64,000 nucleotides of DNA, taken from assembly GCA_965649765.1 (NCBI GenBank), contig OZ287756.1, positions 41,850,001-41,914,000 on the forward strand. The letters are read 5' to 3'. The notes beneath the pieces are model-generated. The model saw only the letters and a list, made by a program, of their open reading frames with translations. It did not search any database and was not told where the DNA came from. The translations under genes were made by a program, and so were the position numbers. This DNA is from Bispira polyomma. Lineage: Eukaryota. This document shows, in pieces, positions 38,201 to 50,351 of this stretch (position 1 is its first letter; every line of letters begins with the position of its first letter).

Positions 38201-41095
38201 TATGGGCATATAGAGGACTATATCACCACTGATGTGACACAACAAAAAGGCTTAGTGGATTGTGGGCTGTTTACTATTGCGTTTGTGACAGCAGTCTGCC
38301 ATGGGTTGAACCCAGAAGATTTCAGACTAAATCAGTCTGATATGAGACAACACCTCATCTCATGCCTGGAATCTGGAGAAATGACCCCCTTCAGTGGGAC
38401 AAGGAAAAGACAGAGAAAACCTCTTGTTAGGTGGCACATATAGACAATATTTTATATGGAAATGTATATAGTGGGTTGTATAAAACCTTTCTCCTATTTG
38501 TTTAGATTTATACATTTTTCTACTTATTCAATTATATTTATCTTCAATAAAATTGTGTAAGTTTTATTGTCTATTTCTATTGCCTGTATATCACCCAAAT
38601 ACCAATGCCCCCCCAAATAACTTGATTCAATAGATGTATATCATTAATTATCACACTGATTGTAATTGAATGCAAGAGCAAGTCAATAGTAATCAGTGTA
38701 ATTGGATTAATCTTGATAAGATCACAAAGGGGGTCTGTTTCTGGCAAGGGGGGTCAATATTTGGCAAGTTGGCTGCCATATTTTCCCCCCCTTAATCCTC
38801 CTATTGTTGGGGGGTGCAGAATTTGTTTGCCAAATACTCACCCCCCCCCCCCCCTAAAGATCAAAGAGGGGAGTAAAAATATGGCAGGGGGTGATTTTAT
38901 GGCATTACACCGGCCCTCAGTTTTTTTCTTAAAGTCTTGTCATCTACTGTTTTTCCACCGATAGAGATGATTTCAGTTATAGTTTTAATGAGTTTTAGGC
39001 CTAAACAATAACCAAAAATTCTAATTTGTGAAATACAAGATGTAGGGATTCTTGGTCTCGAAGAAAGAGAGTCGTATTATCGGCTAGTTGGTTTATTTTA
39101 TACTCTATTTTGTCAACTCCTATACAATGTATATTATTATCGGTTCTCAAATTGATTGCTAATATTTCGACAACAATAAGAAATAGTAATGCGCTTAAGC
39201 AACAACCTTGCCTTATCTCACGATAAATTTTGAAAAATGATAAGGCTTTACCGTTGTTTGTTATGCAACTTTCTATATCTGTGTATATGGTTTTTACTAG
39301 AGATATAAATTTATTGCCAAAATTGTAGCTCTTAAGACAGTTTAAAAAACGATCAACTAATCGAGTCAAATGCTTTTTCAAAGTCTACCAGGACTAGCAG
39401 CCCAGAGAGATCAAAAGTATTACAGTAATCAATTAAGTCGCTTATAGTACGTATATTTTTACCAATGAAAATCCCTTTTTTATAGCCGACCTGGTCAAAA
39501 CTAATAAGTTTCGGCAAAACGTGAAGCATAAATTTTGGTCAAGATCTCATAATCTGTGTTTAGTACACTAATAGGTCTCCAGTTTTTCAGATCACATTGC
39601 TCTTTATCTTTCTTTGGTACAAGGTTAATGAAGCCTATTTTTTGATCAATCAATAACTGATTGTTTTCCAATGACCATTTAAAGTTGTTAAAGACAATTT
39701 ATTTTTATTTCACTCCAAAAACATTTGTAAAACTCTATGGGAAGACCATCACAGCCAGAGGATTCATTGTTGGACAAATTTTGCAGTGCTTCACCACACT
39801 CTTCTATTGTTAAATCTTTATCACAAAATATTTGATCCGAGAGTTGTGGAATCTTTGAATAAGAAAGCAGTATAAAAAAAATTTTCCTCCTCCAGAATCT
39901 TTTTTTCATCAGTGATTAGCCTGTTTCTCATGTTTAAACATTTGATACATTTAGAGTTATAATTTTGTTTTCACGGTTTAAGAAATACTTGGAATCTTTC
40001 TCGTTTGTTTCAAGGAAATGAACTCTAGACCTTGCAATGAGACCTTTAGATCGTACCTCATAGATATCATTCAATGATGATTTTATTTCAGATTGAAGAT
40101 CTAGTAAATCAGGTGAAGGGCTCTCACATAATTTAGTCTCTATATTATGTAGTTTATTCAATAAAATATTTTCAGTTTTTCTTTTCTCTTTTGCCTTAAA
40201 AGAAGAATAAGATATTGTGACACCACATATTCTACATTTAACACAATCCCAGAATAACCCTTTATCAGTAAATGTAACACCTTCGTCAGTAAGCTCTTTC
40301 AGTTCAGCATTAATTCTCTCAATGTACATTCTGTCTAGTAATAGACTGACATTAAATTTATAAAAACCTCTACCTCTGACACAATCTGAGGATTCACTAA
40401 AATTTCCGTGTATCAGACTGTGATCATATTTTATGCTTGGATATATAAAAGATTTCATGTTTTAAAATTGTAATTCCTGTGATATGAAAAACATGTCCAA
40501 ACGTGAATGAACCCAGCCGCCTTTGCCTTTATTTCGCCAAGTATACCTGTAAGTATCAGGATGTTGTACACAGTATATGTTGCATAGGTTAAACTCATTC
40601 AAGATATTGTTCAACAGATCAGAATATTCTGAGGTTGTTTCAGGAGCACCACCTTTTTTATCTATTTTTGGATCCATGTAGGTATTAAAGTCTCCTCCTA
40701 TAATTATCTTTTTACCCATATACTGCAGTAAGTTATTTCTTATAAGGTTAAGAATTGTTTCTGTTCTTGTAAATTGTTTTTGTTGGGGCAAAAAAATTAA
40801 CAAGTACTATCTCAGTGTCATTAATTGAGACATGAAGTAATAAAAATCTGCCACTATCGTCAGTAATTTGGTCAATAACTTTAGCATTGTAGTTGTTAAG
40901 GATCACGGTACATACACCTCTAGCATTGCTGGTGCAATGGCTAAACCTTACGTTATAATTTTTTTTCCAGTCAACTTCTTTTTCTTTACTGGAGTGGGTT
41001 TCTTGGAAAAACGTTATACCTTTCTAATTGTCTTCTAGCCATTGTATAACTGAAATTGTTTGTTCTGTTATTTTTTGACCGCACCCCTAACTTTT
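35261..41095 (-). mobile_element. Degenerate L1/Tx1-like LINE (mirror)
   Basis: Mirrored ORFs, with an additional 11-bp deletion near 39517. Confidence 0.9.
36494..38909 (+). mobile_element. Ginger1-like element (mirror)
   Basis: CTGG|TGT ... ACA|CCGG. Confidence 0.85.
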
Positions 41096-41104
41096 ATTTA
41101 CTTG

Positions 41105-42329
41105 GGTCTGGTTACATTTGGGTGTGTTGCTCTTGTCGCACTTTGTAGCACTTTGTATGGGAAGCATCTGTGTAAAGTACTCTGTGACAGTGAGAGCAAA
41201 TATGTCGGTATTGCCCGTGATCTCCCTCTTGGTGGCATTTGCCGATGTTATAATACTTGCATACCAAATTGCCTTTCTGTGTAGCTGTACCTGAGTGAGT
41301 ATGCTGGCTGTTTAGGACTGTAAGTTTCGAGACGCTCATCTGAGTTAGAACCCATTGAGTGGCCCCCTCCAGTGAAGTCGCCCCTTCTCCACCTCCTGCA
41401 TATTAGCCGCCCATGAAGCCCTAACTGCTGGCTATTGGAGAGATAAAGCGTCCTTGACCGAGTTAATGACTTGGTCAAGCATTTGCCTTAAAAGGGTTTC
41501 ATTCTGAACTTAGGACACATTAAAAAGTTGACACGCTGCCCATTGGAGCAATGTCAGGTCGTCAAGTGTAGGCCTTTTCTTACCTGCTACCCCACCACAG
41601 CCCTCGTTTGGCCATCTAAGTTGGGGATCTGCATATCAGTGGTGTTGTACCGTCCCGACTTTTGGCTTACCTTGTCTAAGTTCAGTCCGTAGTTGGGTGT
41701 CATACCTGTCAAGAGAGTGGTTGACGTCACTTCTGGGAGAGACCTTAGGATGTCCACTTTAGGAATAATCCCATTCCTCTGATAGTTGTGATGTGTAACT
41801 CTTGGTATATGGTGCGCCCTGTGTGGATACATGGGGTCACGAACGTGATCCCTGGTGGGTGCCGGCAGAGCAAACTTGCTCATCTGCCTGATTTAAGATA
41901 GTTCCATTCCTGGATGCCAATGGAGATCTAAGAGGGGTGGAACTATAACAACCCCGCGACTCTACCCTGTCCAGATGCTTGTTAATCTGGAAGTTGGCCA
42001 TTTCCAGCGTCTGTAACATAGCCATAACGTCATTGAAACCAGCCTGGTTGGAAGCTATCTGATCCAGTTGTGCAACTGCTGTATCTGCAAGAAGACCTTG
42101 CAGGTTTACGGCTAGGGGGTTCGAGACACTAGTAGAAGTGCCTTTTTTTAGTTTGTTTTCTAGTAGAAGCATGCTTCTTCCCTTTGGTAGAGGGAGGCCC
42201 CTTAATTGGCCACTACAGTAGAAGTGACAGAAGAAAGAGGAGGATACCTAAATAGTTAAGGTAGTGTAATAATAAGAGAGGTGGGGTTGGGAACAGAACT
42301 ATCAGACCCCTATTGGGTCATGATGTTCA
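41105..42329 (-). mobile_element. Ngaro-type 5' relic E5 (mirror)
   Basis: Reverse complement of 18406-19630. Confidence 0.85.
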
Positions 42330-43384
42330 CACTTTATAAACATAAGTCTTAAGCTATCAGATCCAGTCGTGCAACTGCTGTATCTGCAAGAAGACCTTGC
42401 AGGTTTACGGATAGGGGTCCGAGACACTAGTAGAAGTGCCTTTTTTTAGTTTGTTTTCTAGTAGAAGTATGCTTAACAACATCTCGGTTACCTTAACAGG
42501 CAATAAGTATCAATTAGGTTAGATACCGTTAAGTAGGGAAAACATTTTAGATAAACAATTGCTCTTACAGTACAGAGAGAAAACATGTAATACAATTTAG
42601 GGTGACCTTATTCTGAGGTTAAGGCTGTTTATACATAAATGTATTGATGTATATGTTGTGTGTGTTCTAAATAAACAAAATGTGATTTTTCTAAACTTGT
42701 GTTTTTATTCTACTCCTCTGCTTGCCATATTCCACTTGTTCCTTGATGATCTGTAGTGATCGTTCAGTGTCCCTACAAGCTGCCAGATGAAATTGTATAC
42801 AAAATAGGTGCTCATTTATCAAAAGTTAAGGTTCAATTTAATTGTATTAACATTTTTTAAATAATGAGGCAAGTTGATAGCAACATCCATCATAGTTCAT
42901 TGAAAACAAGTTGATTTCAGTAAATTTAAATTTATTAAATATCAATTAATATGCCATTATTACCAGCATTCATTACAAGGTCAGGCTTAGTAAATTTGGC
43001 AGAATTTAAATTTATAGAAACAATTCAGCTTATTATTTGCCCATTTATTTAAATAGAACCTATTCAAACTTAATGATTAATCGGTAGGCCTTAGTTATTC
43101 ACTTAAAGTCAAAGTCAAAATTTAGGGTTTTACGTCCCATTCAACAGCCAGGGTCATATTGTGACAGGCCCACATCATTTGTCACTTGTGGGAGGCGAAC
43201 CCACACAGAGGTGACAGCCTGTCATTGTACCTTGACACAGCGGGTGTCAAGGATCTCAGTACACGGCCTTACCCACTTTTGTTCTTTAGTACCTCCCATG
43301 AACTGTTAACCTCTTCTCTAATTGGCCCCCACAGTTGGGCGCCAAACTCCCCCATTTTTTTTTTCATATTTACATTTGACATTC

Positions 43385-44953
43385 ATTAACGACGACAAAG
43401 TTGCTATCAGAAAACAAAACTCACAGAATAGTCAGATTTTTGTGGCAATTGAAGATTCTGATCCCAACGTAAGTAATAAAGGTCTAGAATTTGACAGGGA
43501 GACTGATAAGTATCTATTGGGCCTCAGTACTTCCAAAAACAACAAACGTAAGCTACAAATAGCAAAAGACAACACCACTCACATGGCTTGGAACTCACAA
43601 ATGAAGGCAAAATTTGGTTATATTCCATTGGGGGATCTAAATCTCGGTTATCCAAAAGCTGTGAGTGTTGTTGAAAGTAATGCTTTGTTAGCAAATACCA
43701 AAATAAGACATACGGGTTTACATAACTTCATGCACTTGAATCTATGTATTCCCTCTCAGCTAAATGTGGAAGCATGGGAGAAACGACTGGAACATTACTG
43801 GGACCAACAATTAGTGAGTTTAATTCGCTGTGGTTTCCCTCTTGATGTAAAAGATCAATCAAATCTGGTAGCCACGGGTGAAAATCACAAGTCTGCCACA
43901 GAATTCTCTAAGCATGTCACTCATTATTTAAAGGAAGAACAGAATTTTAAAGCAATTATGGGTCCTTTTGATAAAAAAACCAGTAAGTAACTTCCACTCA
44001 TCCCCTTTCATGACCAGGGAGAAACCCAACTCAGATAATCGCAGGGTCATCATTGACCTGAGCTGGCCGAGTCAACATGCTGTCAATTCAAATGTGAGTG
44101 CGGAAATATATTTGGGTACTCCTTTTATACTTACTTATCCTTCTGTTGATTTAATAACAAATGAGGTTGTCAAATTGGGACGAGGCTCTAAGCTTTATAA
44201 GATAGACATTAGTAGAGCTTTTCGGCATGTGAAAATGGACCCGGGGATATCCACATGTTGGGTCTTTTCTGGGAGAATCAGTATTTTCTAGACACTTGCC
44301 TACCTTTTGGGTACAAGCATGGTAGCACTATTTTTCAAAAGCTAAGTGACTCAGTCAGATACATGATGCAAGAGCTAGGTTTCCCAGTTATCAATTACAT
44401 TGATGATTTCATAGGCTTTGGACTAACCACTACAGCTAAAAAATCCTATCATACCCTCTATGACCTCCTGCAGGAGCTAGGTTTAACAATCAGTAGTAAA
44501 AAACTCATTCCCCCTAGCACTCAGGTCACATGTCTAGGGGTAGACATAAATACTGAGACATTCACTATATCAATACCTAAAGAAAAAATGCAGCAAGTTC
44601 TGAATAATTGCATGACTTGGGGTGAGAAAGAAACATGTACCAAAAGACAATTACAGTCTCTCTTAGGCAGTCTGCTGTATGTAGCAAAATGTGTCAGAGT
44701 GGCTAGATGCTTCCTAAACAGAATGTTGCAATTGTTAAGGGACAACAAAAACAGTAGAAGTATCAAAATAACTGATGAGTTTAAAAAAGACCTTAAAGTT
44801 GTTCATGTACTGGGTGTCAAAAACAATGTGGCTGACCTGCTGTCTAGATGGCAGGACACAAAAGCCAACCATGCTCAGCTTAAAAGTTACATACCCAATC
44901 CAATATGGCTAGCGGTAAATGAAGAATACTTATATGTAGATTTCTCATTGTAG
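43385..44953 (+). pseudogene. E2 RT/RNase H, right copy (frameshifts; 363-bp in-frame RNase H deletion)
   Basis: 232 aa vs 353 aa in the left copy. The deletion joins two CTTAAA microhomologies (44792-44797). Confidence 0.9.
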
Positions 44954-44965
44954 CTGTACTTTCAG

Positions 44966-45948
44966 AAATTCCTCACGCTGCAGGTGTACTGGTTTCTGAT
45001 GCCTTGGCTAGGCTGCAGACAGCGTTCAGGCCTAACACTACAAAAAATTACCTGGCCATGTTTAAATCCCTCTTGGCCTACCTGTGTTTCCTGCGTTGTC
45101 CCACCTTCAAGGTAACAGTTCCGGTTTTCTTGTCTTTTCTTGAATTTTTGACAAAAAATCAAACATCTGCCTCTATGGTAATTAATCATGTGTCAGCTGT
45201 TAAAGCCTGTTTCAGTATGTATGGCCTGTCGATTGCCATGTTTGATGAACCTCGCATTAAACTGTATAACAAGGCCTCCCTCAATAATAGGCCCTTTGTG
45301 GCTCAGATTAAACCTGTTTTGGATTCGCATATGTTACTTCAGCTTGTATTGGCTTGTGATAGTACTAACATGGGGCAAATCTATAAAGCTGTGTACTTGA
45401 CAGCTTATTTTTCTTTTCTTCGCATGTCCAATCTGGCACCCCATGTTGCCTCAATGTTTGACTCATCGAGACATTTATGTAAAGGTGATATATTTTTCAA
45501 GCCTCCGGGCATTCACTTGTTAATCAAATGGTCAAAGACCATTCAGTCTAGAAACTTAGTGAGACTTACAAAGATTCCCTCCCTCGGCTCCACTGCTTTG
45601 TGCCCTGTGACTGCCCTGAGAAATGTTTTAAGGCTTTCCCCTGGGGGTCCCAATGCAGCCTTATTTCAAGTTAAAGTGGGTCAAGCCTGGGCTCCCTTCA
45701 CTGATAGCAAGATCAGGCATCATCTGGGAATAGTCCTCCATCTGGTGGGCCTTGGTAGTTCAGGCCTAACATTTCATTCTTTCCGGCGTTCAGGTGCGTC
45801 TTTGGCTTACAATTCTAATGTTGAGTTGGAGCATATCAAAGAACACGGCACCTGGACGTCGGATGCAGTTCGTTCATACTTGGTACAAGACCAAGCTGCG
45901 GGACAGCAAGTGGCCTTAGCTTTTAAAGCCCTTTTGCACAAACCTTGA
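44966..45948 (+). CDS. E2 tyrosine recombinase, right copy
   Basis: Catalytic R, HxxR, H and Y are present. TTTCAG acceptor at 44960-44965. Confidence 0.92.
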
Positions 45949-47548
45949 GACTACCCCTATTTTGCCTTGGTGTTTGGTGGTTTTATACACTAACAGTAAA
46001 TATCACATTTGGTTAAAAAGGTATATTTACACAAATAATCAGTATGGTAAATATATAATGCAGTTTATATCAGAATAACAGATCATTCTGATCTTATCTT
46101 TCATCTGTAATTAATCTTGTTTTACTGCAATTATACGTTCTGTAATTATACTCTTTTATTGCATGTATATGTTTTACGTAAGCTTAACTTTAATTAAGGT
46201 TACCTTAGTAAAGTTAGTAACCTTAACTTAAATTGCATGTAAAATCTAGAAACTGTAACTCACCTTAACTTAAGGTCACCTTAGTTAAGATTGCTCAAAT
46301 GGTGACCTTAACTTTAACGTATTGAAGTAGAAACTTAATCTGCTCACCTTAGTTAGTTTACGATGACCACAGACTGTATATAAAAGTAGTCACTCTAAAA
46401 AACTAGTAAATGTAATATTTTTACTAACATGTGAATAAATTTTTTTTTTTATCTCTCAAATTGTCTTATATCTTGAGGGTACCTTTACTTACCTTTCTGG
46501 ACTTGCCACTGAGCTGGGTACTGTAGATTCCAAACTTGCTAAACACTCAGTCACTGAGGACCTGTGTTATTCACTCAAGACGGCTGGGAATACATTCAGA
46601 CACCATAGTAATGTATGACATAGATAATTACTAATCAAAGCAATATTAATAGCAGCATTATTTGTTGCACCTGAGATGCCTAATGAGTATATATTACACT
46701 GTACCGGGGAGTCCTAGTCTGAGATTGAACCCAGATCAACTGCAGTCCAAGGTCAGTCACACTAGGCCACAGTGGCATAGTGTTAAATAATATTAATAAC
46801 AATATGAATATGACTAATACTAATACTACTTTTTACCAGTGAAAAATAAAAGTAAAATTTTAAAGCTGAAACTCATTTTATAGAAAGGCTTGGTTACTTT
46901 CAAAGGGTCCCAACCATTAACCTGTCTGAGGATAAATACCGAGGGCTGGGAACTAATTTGTACATCAGCATTGATACCAAATTTTAAACTGAAGTTTCAG
47001 TCCTCAGTTCTGGTGTATATAGTAATAAAACCCAAGCAGTATGCATTGCCATTAAAGTGTCACTACATTATTTTCTAATGATCAAGGCACAGGTCAAGTC
47101 TAAGTTTGTCTTTGCGTAGGCCTCACATTCCTAGTATAATGTATTAAGGTAAACCAATGCCCCTGCCATGACCAGTTATTGTAACAGGTTAAGGTGCTGT
47201 ACTATTCGGAATAGTAAGTTATGGCCACACTTGAGCTAGTCGGCAAAGGGGCCAACCTTGGTTGTTAACTATTACTGCATAAATGCATATGTATAGGTAT
47301 ATATATTATGTAAACAACTACCTACATGATCACAATTCACTTCTTTAATTATAATGAGCTAATGGCAGGTTAGAGCATAATGCTTATGTATGTTTCACCT
47401 TAGAGTGCATGGTGGCCCTGCACCAAAATCGAATATTCTGTCCAATTTGGCGAAATCAAAATCGGCATATATAGAGATAAAATCTACAAAAAAATACATC
47501 CCATTATTCAATATATATTATAAAGTAGCCTATTTTCTGTTACTTTAA

Positions 47549-47800
47549 AGGGGCCGCGGTGGCCTAGTGGTTAGCAAGCATTGCGCTTCACAATCACTGG
47601 TCTCTCACCTCTGGGCGGCATGAGTTCGAATCCTGTCGATGCCTATGTGGGAAAGGTGGTAGTTCCTTACTGTGGGCCGCTGGTTTCCCTGCAGAAGCTT
47701 GACCGACTGTATGCAGTGTTTCCTCCAGCGTTTCCAACTACCCGTCCCAATATAACCTACTAAAAGGTACTAGAGTGGACGTTAAATATTCAAATTCAAA
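47549..47800 (+). mobile_element. tRNA-derived SINE (mirror of 13402-13653)
   Basis: Same boxes and TSD. Confidence 0.9.
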
Positions 47801-48779
47801 TTCTGTTATTTTAAGCCAGCATGGTACATTTTAATTAATATAAAAAAACTAAAAACTACCCACTTATAAAAAACTTATATGTCACATTAAAAAAATTAAA
47901 AGTTAATATTTACCAAGACACTAACTAACTAACAATAACAGCAAACTGATTAACTGTTAATAAGAATAAAATACTTGGTAAAAATATCAATTTGTCAACA
48001 TAAGTAATTGATAACAATAAAAACTAACTAGTCATGTTATTATTATTTTTTATCTTATAATAGTTTATTTCATTTAGTTATCTTATTCCTTTTACTCCAA
48101 TAATTTTTTACATATCTTGCAAGATACATTGACTCAGGAGTCATGAATATGATAAACATTTTATCATGAAATAAAGACATAGAAATTCTTATGCTATTAC
48201 CAAATCTCTTCATAAATTATTGTCTTTCTTTGTGATTAGTTGTACAATATAAAAAGCGATATACTTCCTCATTTTCCTTATCTAAATAAAGTAAGCAAAC
48301 TTTTAATCAGACTTTTCTAAAATAATAGCCAGCTGTTATATAAAAAGGTAGTATACCTATCCTTAATTTGGATTAAAGTAAGTTTTGTGATCTTTTTGTT
48401 GAATCATGTACATATTTGTCTGCATGAATATCCTTTTTACCCTTTTTTTACCCGGGTGTTGTTTTCACCCTTGTTATCTGGTTGGGCAGGCGGAACGGGC
48501 GGTCGTGCACACTGCATCTGCTAACCTTGTCTGGGCCAGGTCTCGTATGGTGGAAGAAGTTCAAACTTAGTTGGGATGTTCCTTAGGGGGTCAAGTTGTG
48601 GAACGTCACGTCTGACCTTGGTTTTACCTTTGACCTTGCCCCTGTGACCTTGGACTTGATAATCTAGTTTAGAAGGTAAGATGTATATCTGGTATGTATA
48701 ATAATACTATAATCTCCCTTTTGATGCATCATAAAGTTGAAGTCATACCATGCTTACAGAGAAGAGCTGACCAACAATC

Positions 48780-48827
48780 ATGCTGATATATTGGCCAGAA
48801 TACTAATTGGGATACTATTGTGGACAG
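48780..48827 (+). pseudogene. Candidate damaged signal-peptide exon of the host gene
   Basis: ATG CTG ATA (TA) then LARILIGILLWT G|GAGAG. The model needs a frameshift repair and a GT>GA donor change, so it is speculative. Confidence 0.2.
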
Positions 48828-49042
48828 GAGAGAAGAGAGAGATCATTTTCAATACTGACCCTACTTACATTCGAAAGTCTCCTCACTCTGTGGTTTGATA
48901 TATACTTATCCATTACATGAACTATAGTGATCTTTTAGAGCCCCTAAAAGTTGCTAAATGACGTTTCATATAAAATGTGTGCTCTTTTAATAAAAGTTGA
49001 GGGTCAATTTACATTGTATTCAAATTTTCAAATAACTAGGCA

Positions 49043-49394
49043 AAGTAAATATAAATAAATGTAAATACCTGGTTTATAGTCAGATATCACATCTATTGAG
49101 GTCTCATCCGACTTAACAGTTTACACCCCCAGCCTGGGTTCTTTCACTTGTCAACCAATTGTTTAGTCTCAGCTCCCTCAGGAAGCATACTAGCTGTCCT
49201 GCCACATATGGCGCACAAAGACTAACAACCATTAGCAGCCAGGTACCCATTTATACACCTGGATAGAGAGGGACAACTTTGTGTAAAACACCTTATTCAA
49301 GGGTACAATCCCCAGGCCGCAGGCAAGGATTGAACCCTGGCTCTTAAGATACCTTGAGATTCAAAGTCCGACACACTAGCTATTAGGCCACAGA
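49043..49394 (-). mobile_element. tRNA-derived CORE-like SINE (mirror, retains B box GGGTTCAATCC)
   Basis: Has 26 extra bp at ~49317-49342 relative to the left copy. Confidence 0.7.
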
Positions 49395-49512
49395 GATAGA
49401 AACATCTATCAGACATGATAACATATAGTGACTAGTTACGAATTGAGTTCAATAAATTTAAATTTAGTGAATATAAATTATTATGCCATTAATAACAGTA
49501 TTTTGTCTCCAG

Positions 49513-49563
49513 TTCAAAGTGTTGGTGAATGGGACACATTCAGACACCACAATAAATTAGACC
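49513..49563 (+). CDS. Candidate 51-bp phase 1-1 host exon
   Basis: TTTTGTCTCCAG| (V)QSVGEWDTFRHHNKLD C|GTAGGT. Confidence 0.3.
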
Positions 49564-49630
49564 GTAGGTGTAGACTGAAATTCCAAAATTTAAATTCTCT
49601 AGAAGGAAACTATTGTTTGCTAGATCTCAT

Positions 49631-49856
49631 CAGTCCAATGGTGGTGTGAAAAGTTATAAGTTAATAAGTAAGTTTATTATAAGACAGTAAAAGATTGCGT
49701 TTGAGGTTTTTATTTACATGTTAGCTTATGTACAGATTGACAATCAAAGTCAGTTAAAATTTCAGGATGGAATTTTAAGCCCCATCACGGCTACCATAAA
49801 ATACAGCCGGGTCAAAAATAAAAACCCATAACAAAGCTAATAATAAGCTAAGAGAC
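49631..49856 (-). mobile_element. 226-bp 3'-terminal fragment of the E1 family (mirror)
   Basis: Direct match to 1396-1621. Confidence 0.92.
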
Positions 49857-50108
49857 TCTGTGTTCTATACTTAGCTTGTTTTTTGGGTAGCTAATTTCAT
49901 AATGAATCATTAACTATTGCTATCTTATTTATACATGTATTCTTTGGTTGATAGGGCACCATATAAATGTGGTATATTGTTATTACTATTATCATTATGT
50001 CATGCGTGTGCACTCTGGCGAGTGATTTTTGACATATAAACAGATGGCGGAAATTAAAAAGAGTTCATTTATACTTTGTTCTCTGGGTTATTAATCATCA
50101 CTTTACAG

Positions 50109-50138
50109 CTTCAGATACTTGTCTTGTTACACAAAATG
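50109..50138 (+). CDS. Candidate 30-bp phase 1-1 host micro-exon
   Basis: CTTTACAG| SDTCLVTQN G|GTAAAA. Supplies the sixth Cys. Confidence 0.4.
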
Positions 50139-50249
50139 GTAAAAAAATAATAATAATCAGACCAAAAATAAGAATGTTAAGCCTTAAAATCTGAATGTTA
50201 CAAAATAATGATCTTGCAAATAGAAACAGTAATTAAATCTCACTTTTAG

Positions 50250-50351
50250 TTCCAGTTACGGACCCTGTTACTGAGGAGCCTTGTGACCAGTGCTGTAAGC
50301 CCCAACTCAGCTTCAAGGGCAAATACAACCAATGTATCTCTGTTTGCATGG
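50250..50351 (+). CDS. Probable host exon, Cys-rich domain
   Basis: 102 bp, phase 1-1, CACTTTTAG acceptor and G|GTAAGT donor. GC-richer than its flanks; CxxCC-x12-CxxxC. Confidence 0.6.

Larger units (their letters stand above)
43226..46523 (+). mobile_element. Ngaro-type element E2, right-arm copy: A-like 5' end, gag deleted, RT/RH, YR, single B-like 3' end
   Basis: Starts with TG plus a hairpin and ends in GGGTACTG. Both ends are bracketed by the two halves of a split SINE. Confidence 0.85.
43107..46565 (-). mobile_element. tRNA-derived SINE split by E2 (head 46524-46565; B box, body and tail 43107-43225)
   Basis: 13-bp TSD GTTATTCACT[T/C]AA at 43094-43106 and 46566-46578. The rejoined head aligns with the head of the 47549 SINE. 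(TTTGAC)n tail. Confidence 0.8.

Noticed and set aside
43226-43345. LTR end plus primer-binding site (CAGTTGGGCGCC)
   Set aside because: No second LTR or integrase; the segment is better explained as the A-type 5' end of E2.
50035-50351. TATAAA + Inr + CAAAATG|GT phase-0 gene model (MFQLRTLLLRS...)
   Set aside because: The spacing is attractive, but it would read the last exon as (RQLLLHL)n and lose the six-Cys/Thr-Pro pattern. Not preferred, though not excluded without RNA data.
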